Notes: generated by a model not told the origin, from the letters alone. A stretch of DNA of 59,313 bases, filler included, from Nitrospirota bacterium (GCA_016180645.1; 5 parts of 5 records of this genome joined end to end with filler, not necessarily neighbours in it); one strand, 5' to 3'; shown: positions 47,976 through 57,681, counted from the first letter of the whole stretch. A program made the numbers and translations.

Positions 47976-49364
47976 TCACCCCCGCCCGAATTCCACCCGC
48001 AACTCCTTCTGCCTCGCATCATGAAGAATCTGGACGGGTCCCCGAATCGCCCGGTCGACCAGAAGGGACTGCCCCCTACACTCGAATTCCACCCCTGGAT
48101 GAATGACCTGGGCCACCCACACGCGGGCCTCGCGTGCGCGCTGTAACTTCTCGCTCCATGCCGCCGCCCTCTTCTTCAGCGCCGCTCCCTGCTCCTTCAG
48201 TTTCTCGATCTCGAAATACCACCCGGTCATCGCCTCAGCCTCTTCCGGTGAGAGTGTGCGCTTGTGCGCCACGTGGTAGTCGATGTTGTGCTGGATCTCC
48301 TCCACCTTTGCATTGTGGGCATCGATCTTCCTGCTGACCTCATGAAGCTTTTCCTCGGTCAAGGGATCGGCGCCGAAGGTCATCTGCGTGCGCGTCCCTC
48401 GCGGATTTCCCATGGAAAAGATCTCCGCGCCTTGGCCCACGGTTGCGCGGCCTCCAATCAAGGCCCCCCGCTTCAACTCCAACCGTCCTGATACCACAAG
48501 CTCGGAACCCGAGGAGTTTCCCAGGATGATCACGTTCTCCCCGGCCTCAATCCGGGCCGAGATCAATTCTCTCGCCAGAACCGTGCGCCCGGCGTGGACG
48601 AGTCTGCCTCCAGACCCCGCCGCAACCACCCCATGAACGAAAAGATCACCTTCTGTCACCACTTCATTGCCTTCGAGGGAACCCAGGACTTCGATCCCGA
48701 GGGCCGATCTCAGGAGCGGCAATCCCACGGCATCGCCCGCGATCAGCATCCAGCCGGGAGCGGCTGCTTCCTTTGACCGCTCGACCTCTCCCGGCATGAG
48801 CCGGAGCGTCGCCACAACAAACAACCGCCTCCCGGTAACGTGCAGAGTGCCCGCCCGATCCGCAACAATGACTCCGCCTCCACTCACCTTGGCCCCGGCC
48901 CCAATCAGTATCTCCGCCGCATGACCATCCGCGGCAGGCAAGGTCTTCCCATAGATATCCACTCCGGCCTTCCCCAGGGTTGGAGGATGCATTCGGACAA
49001 GAGGGTCTCCCTCTTTCACCCATTTGCACAACGGGGCATCTCCCAATTCATGCTTGCCGGAGCGCACCTCCTCCAGAAGGGTTTCCGGATTGGGAACGAT
49101 CCACTCGACTTCGCCATCTCGTCCCGGAACGGGCGTTCGGCCCATGCACAGCGGGATTCGGCCACCCCGCCTCCATTGATCCCTACGTTCCAGAAGCGCC
49201 GCGAGAGACTCGCGCGTCATCCCGGTGAGTCCGGCCTCCTTTTGCACATAGCCAACCACCTCATCCAGGGCGGTTTCGGCAAGGCCATCGGGGGAAAGGA
49301 TGACCAGGGAAGCTCCCATGAAGTCGTCCGACACTTCGACTTGGACGATCTTCTCAATCTCCAT
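47976..49364 (-). CDS. FapA family (DUF342) protein
   Basis: G..P..G.DG, V.EG..L....PPT.G..G.D..G motifs; beta-helix region; coiled coil; I.PGV. Confidence 0.75.
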   Translation of the reverse strand: MEIEKIVQVEVSDDFMGASLVILSPDGLAETALDEVVGYVQKEAGLTGMTRESLAALLERRDQWRRGGRIPLCMGRTPVPGRDGEVEWIVPNPETLLEEVRSGKHELGDAPLCKWVKEGDPLVRMHPPTLGKAGVDIYGKTLPAADGHAAEILIGAGAKVSGGGVIVADRAGTLHVTGRRLFVVATLRLMPGEVERSKEAAAPGWMLIAGDAVGLPLLRSALGIEVLGSLEGNEVVTEGDLFVHGVVAAGSGGRLVHAGRTVLARELISARIEAGENVIILGNSSGSELVVSGRLELKRGALIGGRATVGQGAEIFSMGNPRGTRTQMTFGADPLTEEKLHEVSRKIDAHNAKVEEIQHNIDYHVAHKRTLSPEEAEAMTGWYFEIEKLKEQGAALKKRAAAWSEKLQRAREARVWVAQVIHPGVEFECRGQSLLVDRAIRGPVQILHDARQKELRVEFGRG

Positions 49365-49393
49365 CGGGACATTCCACGGGTTGCCTCATGGCA

Positions 49394-49533
49394 AGACGCA
49401 CCCGTAAAGGGTGCGACTACCAGGAATCAGCCCCTCCGGTAGCTGCGGGCCATGGTCCTTGCCGGCCCTTCCTGGGCGCGGCGACATTGCATGGTCCCAT
49501 GCCCTCCGTGGCATGGGGCTTTAGCCCGCGTCC
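49394..49533. repeat. GTAG REP plus composite REP carrying an internal approx. 70-bp insert
   Basis: ACGCACCCGTAAAGGGTGCGACTAC; 49439-49533 is a diverged reverse complement of the 58824-59040 units. Confidence 0.75.
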
Positions 49534-49556
49534 GTAGGACCGGTGCAAGCCCCCCC

Positions 49557-50057
49557 CTACTTCTTCCCATCCACTTCAAACGCCACGCGGAGATTGAAGC
49601 CGCCCAGATCGCTCGAGAACGGGATGTCCAGCCAGCGCGTCAGAGAGTTGTACGACACTTTGAAATTCTGGCCGGTAATGACCGTCGGAAGTCCCAGCAC
49701 AAACTGCGCGCCCGTCCCTTCGTGGAGCCTGGCCTTCGCACCCCCGGCTATGATGTTCACCATTTCCGCCATCGCGTCCACCGCCGAATCGTCGATCTCC
49801 GGGGATTCCATCCCGCTGAACCGATGAACAGCGGACAGTGCCGTGGTCTTCGGAAACGTCAGGGCCACCGTGCCTTTCGCAGGCCCCGTGAGGCCGATGA
49901 GGGCCATGACGTCGGAATCCTCGGCCACCCTCGATGGGTCGGATAGGCTGGGCAGCCCCCGTGTCACGCTGCACCTCAGCATCGTGTCGAATAGATCCTT
50001 CACGCTTTCCACGAAAGGATTGATGTATTCCGCCTTCAGATCGGCTTTCCTAAACAT
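49557..50057 (-). CDS. cheX: Chemotaxis phosphatase CheX
   Basis: YINPFVES, IGLTG...G...L.F, DAMAEMVNIIAG (ExxN), P.VI.G. Confidence 0.9.
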   Translation of the reverse strand: MFRKADLKAEYINPFVESVKDLFDTMLRCSVTRGLPSLSDPSRVAEDSDVMALIGLTGPAKGTVALTFPKTTALSAVHRFSGMESPEIDDSAVDAMAEMVNIIAGGAKARLHEGTGAQFVLGLPTVITGQNFKVSYNSLTRWLDIPFSSDLGGFNLRVAFEVDGKK

Positions 50058-50451
50058 TCGAAGCCGCCCCCTGCCCGTTGGGCCCGCCCAAGATCTCCTT
50101 CACCTTTTGCTTGAAGGTGTCGGGCGTGAACGGTTTGGCCACATATCCATTCACTCCGGCCTTCAAGGCGGCCACGATACTCGGCCGGTCGGCGTTGCTT
50201 GTCACCATGACGACCTTGAGTCCTTTCAGGGCCGGCACACTCCGGATCTTCTGCACAAATGTGAGGCCATCCATGTTCGGCATGTTCCAGTCTATGACGA
50301 TGAGATCGAAGGCAAAGTTCCCTTCCCTCATCTTCTGAATGGCCTCCACACCGTCACCGGCCTCCACAAACGCGTCGAAGCCGAGCGTTTCCAACGCGCC
50401 CTTCTGGATTTTTCGCATCGTCGCTGAATCATCCACCAACAGCGCTTTCAT
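50050..50451 (-). CDS. cheY: CheY-like response regulator
   Basis: LLVDDS..MR, IDWNMPNMDG, MVTS, GYVAKPF; ATGA overlap with the upstream gene. Confidence 0.9.
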   Translation of the reverse strand: MKALLVDDSATMRKIQKGALETLGFDAFVEAGDGVEAIQKMREGNFAFDLIVIDWNMPNMDGLTFVQKIRSVPALKGLKVVMVTSNADRPSIVAALKAGVNGYVAKPFTPDTFKQKVKEILGGPNGQGAASNV

Positions 50452-50966
50452 GACTCTCGTCTCCTTTCCATGCCTGGACCGTCGTTCATTTCCTGCCGGA
50501 TTCGAATTTCCGCCGTGAACGGACCGAGATCGCTGTCGAAACGGACCACCTTCCCCTGAGTATCCCGTCGGCCCGCGATGGAATGGACCCCGCCCAGGAT
50601 CACCTGGGGAATCGACATGCTCATGGCGATCCCCCCGGAACGGAGCAGGGCAAGGGCGCGACCCACAATGATGTTGGCGATCTCGCACACACCATCCGCG
50701 CCATCCGGCATCATCTCGCGCACCTCGCTCCCGAGAAATCGGGAGATCACGCGGAGGGCTGTCGCCCGTTCGAAACTCAAAACAAAGGATCCTGCCGCGG
50801 CCGTCCCCCCTAATCCCACAATCGCCGATACATCGGCCTTCGGCCGCGGGGCGTCCGTCTCTAGAACACAGGCATTCACCGCAAGTCCCAACATGGTCCG
50901 GAAAAGCTCCTCCGTCCCATCGATGAAACAGGCCGCATAAATGGCATCCAAGCCGTTTTCGCTCAT
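50448..50966 (-). CDS. cheX: Chemotaxis phosphatase CheX (second copy)
   Basis: DVSAIVGLGG, DGVCEIANIIVG (ExxN), SIPQVILG. Confidence 0.85.
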   Translation of the reverse strand: MSENGLDAIYAACFIDGTEELFRTMLGLAVNACVLETDAPRPKADVSAIVGLGGTAAAGSFVLSFERATALRVISRFLGSEVREMMPDGADGVCEIANIIVGRALALLRSGGIAMSMSIPQVILGGVHSIAGRRDTQGKVVRFDSDLGPFTAEIRIRQEMNDGPGMERRRES

Positions 50967-51514
50967 GCCCTCACCCCCCCCCCTAGAGCCGCAAGACTGA
51001 TGGCCGTGGTTTCATCCGCCGTGAACAGGGCTTCCAGCCGGAGAATGAAGATGACCTCTTCCGATGCCCGCGCAATGCCCGTGACCAATGTGGCGGAGCC
51101 GGACCGCAAAATTCCCGGCGGGGGCGCTTCAACGTCCTCCGAAGCCACCCTCACCACGTGGAAGACTTGATCCACAAGCAGGGCCACGGTCTGTTCCCCC
51201 ACTTCGGCCAACACCCCCTTGAGGCAGGCGATCCCCCCCTCCGAGGTGGGTCGGGCCAAGCCCAGCCTTTTCGTGAGGTCCACGGCAGGAAGGATGCGGC
51301 CCCGAACGTCGATCACACCCTCCAGAAAAAGTGGCGCCTGCGGCACCGCTCTGATGCGATGGACCTCCACGATCTCTCGCACACGCCCGACATCAATTCC
51401 GAACACCTCACCGCCTGCCAAAAACGTCACCAGGCGGGTCACGGCGTGCGCGGCGACCTGACGCCCCTTGGCTCTTCCCGAGGAGAGCTTGGCCGAGAGC
51501 ACGGATTCCGTCAT
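50963..51514 (-). CDS. cheW: Chemotaxis coupling protein CheW
   Basis: FGIDV..VREIV...VPQAP.FLEGVIDVRG.I.P.VDL; ATGA overlap with cheA. Confidence 0.9.
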   Translation of the reverse strand: MTESVLSAKLSSGRAKGRQVAAHAVTRLVTFLAGGEVFGIDVGRVREIVEVHRIRAVPQAPLFLEGVIDVRGRILPAVDLTKRLGLARPTSEGGIACLKGVLAEVGEQTVALLVDQVFHVVRVASEDVEAPPPGILRSGSATLVTGIARASEEVIFILRLEALFTADETTAISLAALGGGVRA

Positions 51515-54102
51515 GGTGCCGTCCCCCCGATCTTCGATCCCCGATCGAGCAGGGGGTTCAACGCGGCTTCGATCTCTTTGACCGACGTGGGCTTCGTGAG
51601 ATACCCGTCCGCTCCTGCCTGAAAGCCCCGAACCTTGTCCGGTGGCTGCGAGAGGGTGGAGAGAATGATGACCGGCGTCATCGCGTGCGCCGGCAGGGAA
51701 CGAATTCGGCGCGTGAGGTCGTATCCATTCATGCCGGGCATTTCCACATCCACCGTAATCGCCACGTAGCGGCCGGATTCGATCTTCCCCACGGCTTCGT
51801 CCCCCGACGCCGCTTCGTCCGTGTCGTGCCCCGCGGAGCGCAGCATGTCGCACAGTTCCCTCCGGAAGACCGCAGAATCATCGACGACCAGAATCCGTGG
51901 TCCACCCCCACCCCTTCCCTCCATCATCGATGGGGAGGGGCTTCCTGACGACCCCTTCTCCCCCTGTCCGCCGCTGCGGACCTGCGGCTGGAGGGCGGGC
52001 TGGGAGGTTTCGCTGATAAAGGGCATCAGGTCTTGGAGATTGAGAATAAGGAGTGCCTGCCCATCGCCCAGGATCGTGGCGCCGGCCACGCCGCGAACCT
52101 TCTCCAGGAGAGATCCCATGCTCTTCATCACGACCTTCTCCTTCCCGAGCAGCTCCTCCACACCGACGAGCAAATACCGGTTCCCGATCCGGGTGATGAG
52201 CGCGGGGAAAGTTCGTGTATCGGGTTCCGCACCCGACCGGAGCCCGAGAAGCCTGTGTAGAGGAGCGAAGGGAACGGGTTTGCCGCGCACCTCGATGACC
52301 TCCTGCCGACCGGCCCGATGAATCTCATCCGTCGACACCAATCGGGTCTCCTGTACGTAGGACAACGGGATGGCGAACATTCTCCCGGCGCTTCGTACCA
52401 TCAGCACTTCCATGGCGCCGAGGGAAACAGGAAGCGACAGGGTGACCAACGTCCCCACCCCCACTTCCGTCTCGATGCCGACGGCCCCCCGGAGCGCCGC
52501 CACGGCGGACTTGACGACATCCATCCCCACCCCGCGGCCCGAAAGATCGCTCACCTGATCCCGCGTCGAGAATCCCGGCGCGAAAAGAAACTCCATCACT
52601 TCAGCCGCATCCAGATGCGCCGCCTCGGCCGCGGACACCAGCTTTCGTTCAATGGCCTTGGACCGCACGCGCTCCGCATCGATGCCCCCTCCGTCGTCCG
52701 CCACGCGAACGAGGATTTTCTCTCCTTCCTGGAGGGCGGAAATCTCGATGGTGCCCTCCGGCGGCTTCCCGGAGCGACCCCGCGCGTCCGGCATCTCGAT
52801 TCCATGATCGATCGCGTTCCTCACAAGGTGGAGTAAGGGGTCCAGAAGGCTGTCCACAATCTGCTTGTCCACTTCCACGTCCTCACCGGAAACGACCAGA
52901 TTCACCTGCTTCCCAACCTCGCGGGCGATGTCCCTCACCAGCCTCGGGAATCGATTGAAAGCCTGGGCGAGCGGGACCATCCGGATTCGGTTCACCGCCT
53001 TCTGGAGCTCCTCGACCACACGGTCCAGTCGCTCCTGCCCTTCCGCCAGATGGGCCACCACCGTCTGGAGCTTCCCCGCTGATCCCGTGCCCACGCCCAC
53101 GCCGCCTGCCCCGCTTCCCTGGCCGCGGAGGTCTTGCTGAAGCTCCCGCACAAGCTGGCGAACCCCGCTGTGCCCGATGAGAAGCTCCCCGGAGAGACTC
53201 ATCAGCCGATCCACTCGCTGACTGCCGACACGCAGAACCGCTTCTTCCATCACCACCCGTGCAGCCGTCTGACTTCCACCGGCGCCGGCATTGGCCTCAG
53301 GTAGGGGCGAGGCATGCCTCGCCCCCGCGACCGCGGCTTTCAATTCCGTGTCGGCGCGGGACAGATTGTGGTCGGCCCCCTCCCCCTTCAGCCCCGCCTC
53401 CATCAGCATCACCGCGTCTTCAATGGACCGCATGTCATACTTGAAAACCTTGTCGTCACGCACCCTGCGCAAGATGTCTTGCATACGATCGAGTGCCTCC
53501 AAGAGCGCGGTCACCGCGGATGCCGTCACCCGGGCCTCGCCTTTGCGGATTCGATCGAGCAGTTCTTCCATCCGGTGCGACAGCTTCTGAAGCGGGGACA
53601 GACGGAGCATGCCCGAATTGCCTTTGATCGTATGCGCGTAGCGGAATATCTCGTTCAGGATCTCCGCTGACTGGTCGTGCTCCAACCGAAGAAGGCGGTG
53701 TTCGAGCCGGGTGAGCATGTCCTCCGTCTCCGCCACGAAATCGTCGACCACGCTCCCATGGTCCTCGGCCTTCCATTCGAATTCAAATTCGGAGGCCGCC
53801 CCCTGCGCTCCTCCCGTCTTGATCTCCGCTTCAAACTCGGCCGCGAACAACTCAAGATCCAACTCCGCCTCGATCCCCGTCCAGTCGGCCGTGGTACTGC
53901 CCGGATCCCGTGACCCCGATCGCACCGCATCGGCCAGGTCGAACACGCGCGCGATCAACCCCTGGCCTCTTTCATCCAGCCGCCCACCGGACACGACTCG
54001 CTCGAACTTGTCCACGAGAGCCGTCGGCACCCCGGCCACCACGCGCAAGGCCCTGGCCCTCTCGACCAGCTTCTCCCTCAGCCCTTTGTCGTTGTCCATC
54101 AC
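51511..54102 (-). CDS. cheA: CheA-like histidine kinase with C-terminal receiver domain
   Basis: Hpt FRYAHTIKG, HLVRNAIDHGIE, DDGGG, GFST...SGRGVGMDVV, CheW-like P5, REC VDVEMP. Confidence 0.93.
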   Translation of the reverse strand: MMDNDKGLREKLVERARALRVVAGVPTALVDKFERVVSGGRLDERGQGLIARVFDLADAVRSGSRDPGSTTADWTGIEAELDLELFAAEFEAEIKTGGAQGAASEFEFEWKAEDHGSVVDDFVAETEDMLTRLEHRLLRLEHDQSAEILNEIFRYAHTIKGNSGMLRLSPLQKLSHRMEELLDRIRKGEARVTASAVTALLEALDRMQDILRRVRDDKVFKYDMRSIEDAVMLMEAGLKGEGADHNLSRADTELKAAVAGARHASPLPEANAGAGGSQTAARVVMEEAVLRVGSQRVDRLMSLSGELLIGHSGVRQLVRELQQDLRGQGSGAGGVGVGTGSAGKLQTVVAHLAEGQERLDRVVEELQKAVNRIRMVPLAQAFNRFPRLVRDIAREVGKQVNLVVSGEDVEVDKQIVDSLLDPLLHLVRNAIDHGIEMPDARGRSGKPPEGTIEISALQEGEKILVRVADDGGGIDAERVRSKAIERKLVSAAEAAHLDAAEVMEFLFAPGFSTRDQVSDLSGRGVGMDVVKSAVAALRGAVGIETEVGVGTLVTLSLPVSLGAMEVLMVRSAGRMFAIPLSYVQETRLVSTDEIHRAGRQEVIEVRGKPVPFAPLHRLLGLRSGAEPDTRTFPALITRIGNRYLLVGVEELLGKEKVVMKSMGSLLEKVRGVAGATILGDGQALLILNLQDLMPFISETSQPALQPQVRSGGQGEKGSSGSPSPSMMEGRGGGGPRILVVDDSAVFRRELCDMLRSAGHDTDEAASGDEAVGKIESGRYVAITVDVEMPGMNGYDLTRRIRSLPAHAMTPVIILSTLSQPPDKVRGFQAGADGYLTKPTSVKEIEAALNPLLDRGSKIGGTAP

Positions 54103-54111
54103 GATGCCGAT

Positions 54112-54194
54112 CCTGGATTCATGTGATCATGGAGTCATGGGGCCATGGATTCATCTCCAGATCTCCACATGACCACATGACAACATCCCCACAT
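54112..54194. repeat. Head-to-head arrays of 8-bp tandem repeats
   Basis: atgtgatc atggagtc atggggcc atggattc followed by atctccag atctccac atgaccac atgacaac atccccac. Confidence 0.65.
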
Positions 54195-56170
54195 CAAGCA
54201 AGATCCCCCGCCCCCATCCGGGCAAGCCAGCGAAAGGTTCCCATGCTGCCCACAACGGTCAGCCGAACAGGGCGAATCGAATCCCGAAATCGCTTCAGCG
54301 CATCCGCCAACCATCGTTCCGCATAGTCCAGCGTGCTGAGATCGAGCACCACCGAATCGTTTGGATTCCCTCGGCCTTCGGATCTTGATCCGAGGCCGGC
54401 GATCCGTGCCAACTTCCCTTCGATCTCCGTCCTCTGAGCCTGAGGCATGTCATCCGGCCATCGCCCCGAAACGACAATCCGGAGTGGAGATTCCGCCTCG
54501 CGGAATTCCAGGGTAGGCGCGCCCCCCTGCGGCGGGAGGTCGGCGGTCAGGAGATCCATTCCGTCGGCGAGGGACGGGGCTCCAACCGGCCGCGGCGGGG
54601 TCCCGGGTTCCGGCGACTCGCGTCGCAATGCCGCGCGTTCCTTCATGAGATCTTCCAGCGCCGCCAGGGCAAATCCGGCGCGAATCCCCATGTCTCCACC
54701 GATCGCCGTCCCCGAAGCGGAGCGGAGCGGGGCGGCGCGGCTCTGTGGGGTCAAGGCTTTACTTGACACATTTAGCGCGCTTCTATTGTGTCGGCAGGGT
54801 TGAGGCGAGCCGCTCCCGTTCGCAACCCCCGCCGATTCAAGACTTGACCCCACGCGAAACAACTCCCGTTGGGGGCTGCGGCCCATCCAGTCGCGGATGC
54901 GTGGATTCGATGAGGGACGGGTGGTCAAGCCCACCCCGCGCTTCGCGAGGTCCCGCGCAAAATCGACCAGGATCTTCAGGTACGGCTCCTCGGCAAATCG
55001 AAGTCCGTCCAAGTCGAGCGTCATTCGAGCCCGAAGCCCCCCCCCTCCGGCGGGCAAGAGGGAGTTCATCCATCGATCCCGTTTCTCAAATATTCTCTGT
55101 GAAAGAGTTTCGGGCGTGGTGTTCGAGGACAATACGCCGGCGAGCACGAGGGAGGCGGACGGCAGCTCGCTGCCTGCGGCCGGACGAGTCGACATGAAGA
55201 TCAGCGGAATACCCCCTTCCTCGATCAGGAGCCGACGGTTGTCATCCAGCGCAATCTCCGCCTGGGCCGCGCGGCGGTCGGGCGTCCACCGCACGTAGTA
55301 TACCACCCCGTTCTGCTCGCGCAGATCGAGGTAGTGCGATTGGTGAACCAGCGATTCGGCGTACCCGCAGAAAAGCACCGCCCCGATCTTCATGGATTGG
55401 ACGAGATTGTCGAGGACGACCTGTTTGTGGGGATCGTCGAAGTAGATGAGTACGTTCCGGCAGAAGACGATTTCGAACGGACCGCCCAGAGCATCCGACA
55501 TCAAGTTCTTCCGCTCGAATCGGCACAGTTTTCGAATCGGCTCGGCCACCTGCCACTTCTGTCCCGTACCATTCGTGCTCCCGAGAGCCGTGGACTTCGC
55601 TCCCGAGCCGACCTCCAGCAGATGTCGGCCCGTCACACCCGGAGGGAGCACCGCCCGACTCACCGACCAGCCTGGGTATATTCCCCCGCGAGCCACCTCC
55701 AGCGCTCCTCCATCGATGTCGGCGCCAACCACTTGGATGCTTCCAGGGCGAACCCATGGGAAAGCATCCGACAGGACCATCGCCACGGTATAGACCTCCT
55801 CCCCCGTGGAACATCCCGCGCAGAGGGCCCGCAGGGGATTCAGTTCGGACGGGGCCGAACGCTTATCGAGCCATGAACGGAGCAGCCCGAACTGCTCAGC
55901 GTGGCGGAAGAAGTGGGTCTCGTTGACCGTAAGCGTCTGCGTGAGCGCCGCCAGCTCGCGGCTCCCGAGGGGGCCTCTCAGGTGGAGAAGATATTCAGCG
56001 GCCGATCGGTATTCCAGCTGGGCCATTCGTTCCTTAACGCCCATTTCAATCCGGAACGCCTTTTTTCCCTTGAGCGTAAATCCCGCCGACTCGGCCACGA
56101 GGCCGGCGATTTCCCCGATCACGGGATCGGTCCAAGCCGTTCCATTCGGCTCCTGGACTTCGTCAATCAT
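54194..56170 (-). CDS. cheR: CheR methyltransferase with two C-terminal STAS-like domains
   Basis: TVNETHFFR, AGCSTGEEVYT, FCRNVLIYFD; two DL..L.(F/Y)AE STAS-like segments. Confidence 0.82.
   Translation of the reverse strand: MIDEVQEPNGTAWTDPVIGEIAGLVAESAGFTLKGKKAFRIEMGVKERMAQLEYRSAAEYLLHLRGPLGSRELAALTQTLTVNETHFFRHAEQFGLLRSWLDKRSAPSELNPLRALCAGCSTGEEVYTVAMVLSDAFPWVRPGSIQVVGADIDGGALEVARGGIYPGWSVSRAVLPPGVTGRHLLEVGSGAKSTALGSTNGTGQKWQVAEPIRKLCRFERKNLMSDALGGPFEIVFCRNVLIYFDDPHKQVVLDNLVQSMKIGAVLFCGYAESLVHQSHYLDLREQNGVVYYVRWTPDRRAAQAEIALDDNRRLLIEEGGIPLIFMSTRPAAGSELPSASLVLAGVLSSNTTPETLSQRIFEKRDRWMNSLLPAGGGGLRARMTLDLDGLRFAEEPYLKILVDFARDLAKRGVGLTTRPSSNPRIRDWMGRSPQRELFRVGSSLESAGVANGSGSPQPCRHNRSALNVSSKALTPQSRAAPLRSASGTAIGGDMGIRAGFALAALEDLMKERAALRRESPEPGTPPRPVGAPSLADGMDLLTADLPPQGGAPTLEFREAESPLRIVVSGRWPDDMPQAQRTEIEGKLARIAGLGSRSEGRGNPNDSVVLDLSTLDYAERWLADALKRFRDSIRPVRLTVVGSMGTFRWLARMGAGDLA
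54745..54853. mobile_element. 109-bp element with 11-bp terminal inverted repeats inside the cheR reading frame
   Basis: GTGGGGTCAAG...CTTGACCCCAC; right end TCAAGACTTGACCCC identical to 35401-35415. Confidence 0.65.
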
Positions 56171-56841
56171 GGCGTTTCCCCGGTTTCCCCCCGGAGTCGC
56201 AGAAACATCTCGGCCCCGATCACGGCCTCCACGTCGATCAGTGTTAGCGGTCGCGTTTCATGAAGGCACACTCCCTGTATGTATTTCCTCTCAATCGCGC
56301 CCACCTCCGGAGCCGTGTCGATCGAGTCGGTGGTTATCGTGGCCACATCCAGAACCTGGTCCACCGAAAAGGCCGCTTCTACACGGCGTCCGTTCTTGAC
56401 GGATTCCACCATCAGCATGGACCGCATGGCCGCACCCCCAGGGTAGCCGCAAGCTTCAGCTTGCGTCTTTACCGAGGACGCACCCATAAAGGGTGCGCCT
56501 ACCAAGGATGGGTCCTCGCCGTAGCCGCGGGCTTCAGCCTGTGTCCGAGTTGATCCCTCGCACCCGGGAGATCCCAACCCCAGGAACTCCGCCAAATCCA
56601 AGACCGCAATCAGCGACCCCCGCAGATTGACCACTCCGAGAATACAGTCGGGCGCGCGAAAAAGCGGCGTGATGGGAAGCGGATTGACGATTTCCCTGAC
56701 CCGCTGCACCGCCACCCCGAAATGCTGACCTCCCATCCGGAATACAACTATTCTGGAAGCGGCCATGGCAGGCCCGGAGCGTGGATCGCCCTGCGAAGCC
56801 GGGCTCAATGCGGCGGGTGGTGGCTCGTTCATCGCGGTCAT
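56167..56841 (-). CDS. cheW: CheW with in-frame REP insertion
   Basis: FGVAV.RVREIV...ITPL..AP..ILGVVNLRG.LIAVLDL; VDQVLDV; GGAGG RBS. Confidence 0.88.
   Translation of the reverse strand: MTAMNEPPPAALSPASQGDPRSGPAMAASRIVVFRMGGQHFGVAVQRVREIVNPLPITPLFRAPDCILGVVNLRGSLIAVLDLAEFLGLGSPGCEGSTRTQAEARGYGEDPSLVGAPFMGASSVKTQAEACGYPGGAAMRSMLMVESVKNGRRVEAAFSVDQVLDVATITTDSIDTAPEVGAIERKYIQGVCLHETRPLTLIDVEAVIGAEMFLRLRGETGETP
56443..56546. repeat. Three GTAG REP hairpins inside cheW
   Basis: GTAGCCGCAAGCTTCAGCTTGCG; CGCACCCATAAAGGGTGCGCCTAC; GTAGCCGCGGGCTTCAGCCTGTG. Confidence 0.85.
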
Positions 56842-56967
56842 CCTCCGTCCCTCCTCCCATACCAGAACGCCCCGTACGTTGAGATGACTGACATCACCAA
56901 ATGGACGCTGACTCCGCTCAGCATGTAATCATGACATGCCCGGCACAATTCCGCCCGCGTCCCCAAA

Positions 56968-57429
56968 TCACAACTTGAACTGCTTCATGCGATGGACTAA
57001 TTCCGCGCCCAGATCGGACAGTTTCCCCGCCTCCGCGTTGAGCTGCTGAAAAGCCGACGCGCTCTCCTGAACCATTCGACTGATCCCCGTCAGCGCGCCC
57101 GCCACCTCGTCGCTCGCCTTCGCCTGTTGGTCGGTTGCGACCCGGATTTCCGCCGAGAGCTTGGACGCCTGCGTGGTGCCGGAAAGGATTTCGTCCAGCG
57201 CCTTGCCCGCCTGCACGGTCAGCGCCGCGGTCTCGCTCGTGACTTTCGACGTCCGTTCCACCGCCGCCACGTCCTCGATCCGCGCCTGCTGCGTTTGGAC
57301 CGTGGAGATCGTTTTCGTCGAGACCACCTTGATCTCCGTCGACGCCGATTCGGTCCGCCCCACGGATTCGCCAACGTGGCCCAGCAACTCCGAAAGATTG
57401 GACTGCATCTTCCTGAAGACCCTACCCAC
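56968..57429 (-). pseudogene. MCP-like remnant: methylation helices without the signalling hairpin tip or a sensor domain
   Basis: I..AT.QQA.AS.EV...L..I and L...A..L.....EL......FKL present; LNA.IEAARAGE.GRGF absent. Confidence 0.6.
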
Positions 57430-57681
57430 CTCACCCGCCGAAACACCCTAACACTATGTCACTTCTGATTGCCCGTTCCAGGAGCGGAGTACCATGATCC
57501 CGGCCACCAATTGTGCCTGATTGGAAGATTAGGTTGAAACCCTATTCCCGAAGGGTGCGTTACCGTCTCGGTCTTCCGCCGATAGGGGCGGGTGGCAGGC
57601 CCCCTCCGAGCAACTCCAGGGTCACGGCAGGGTTGAGGGTAAGTCTCACGTAAGACCTGAACTCGTGCGAATCATGTCGGT

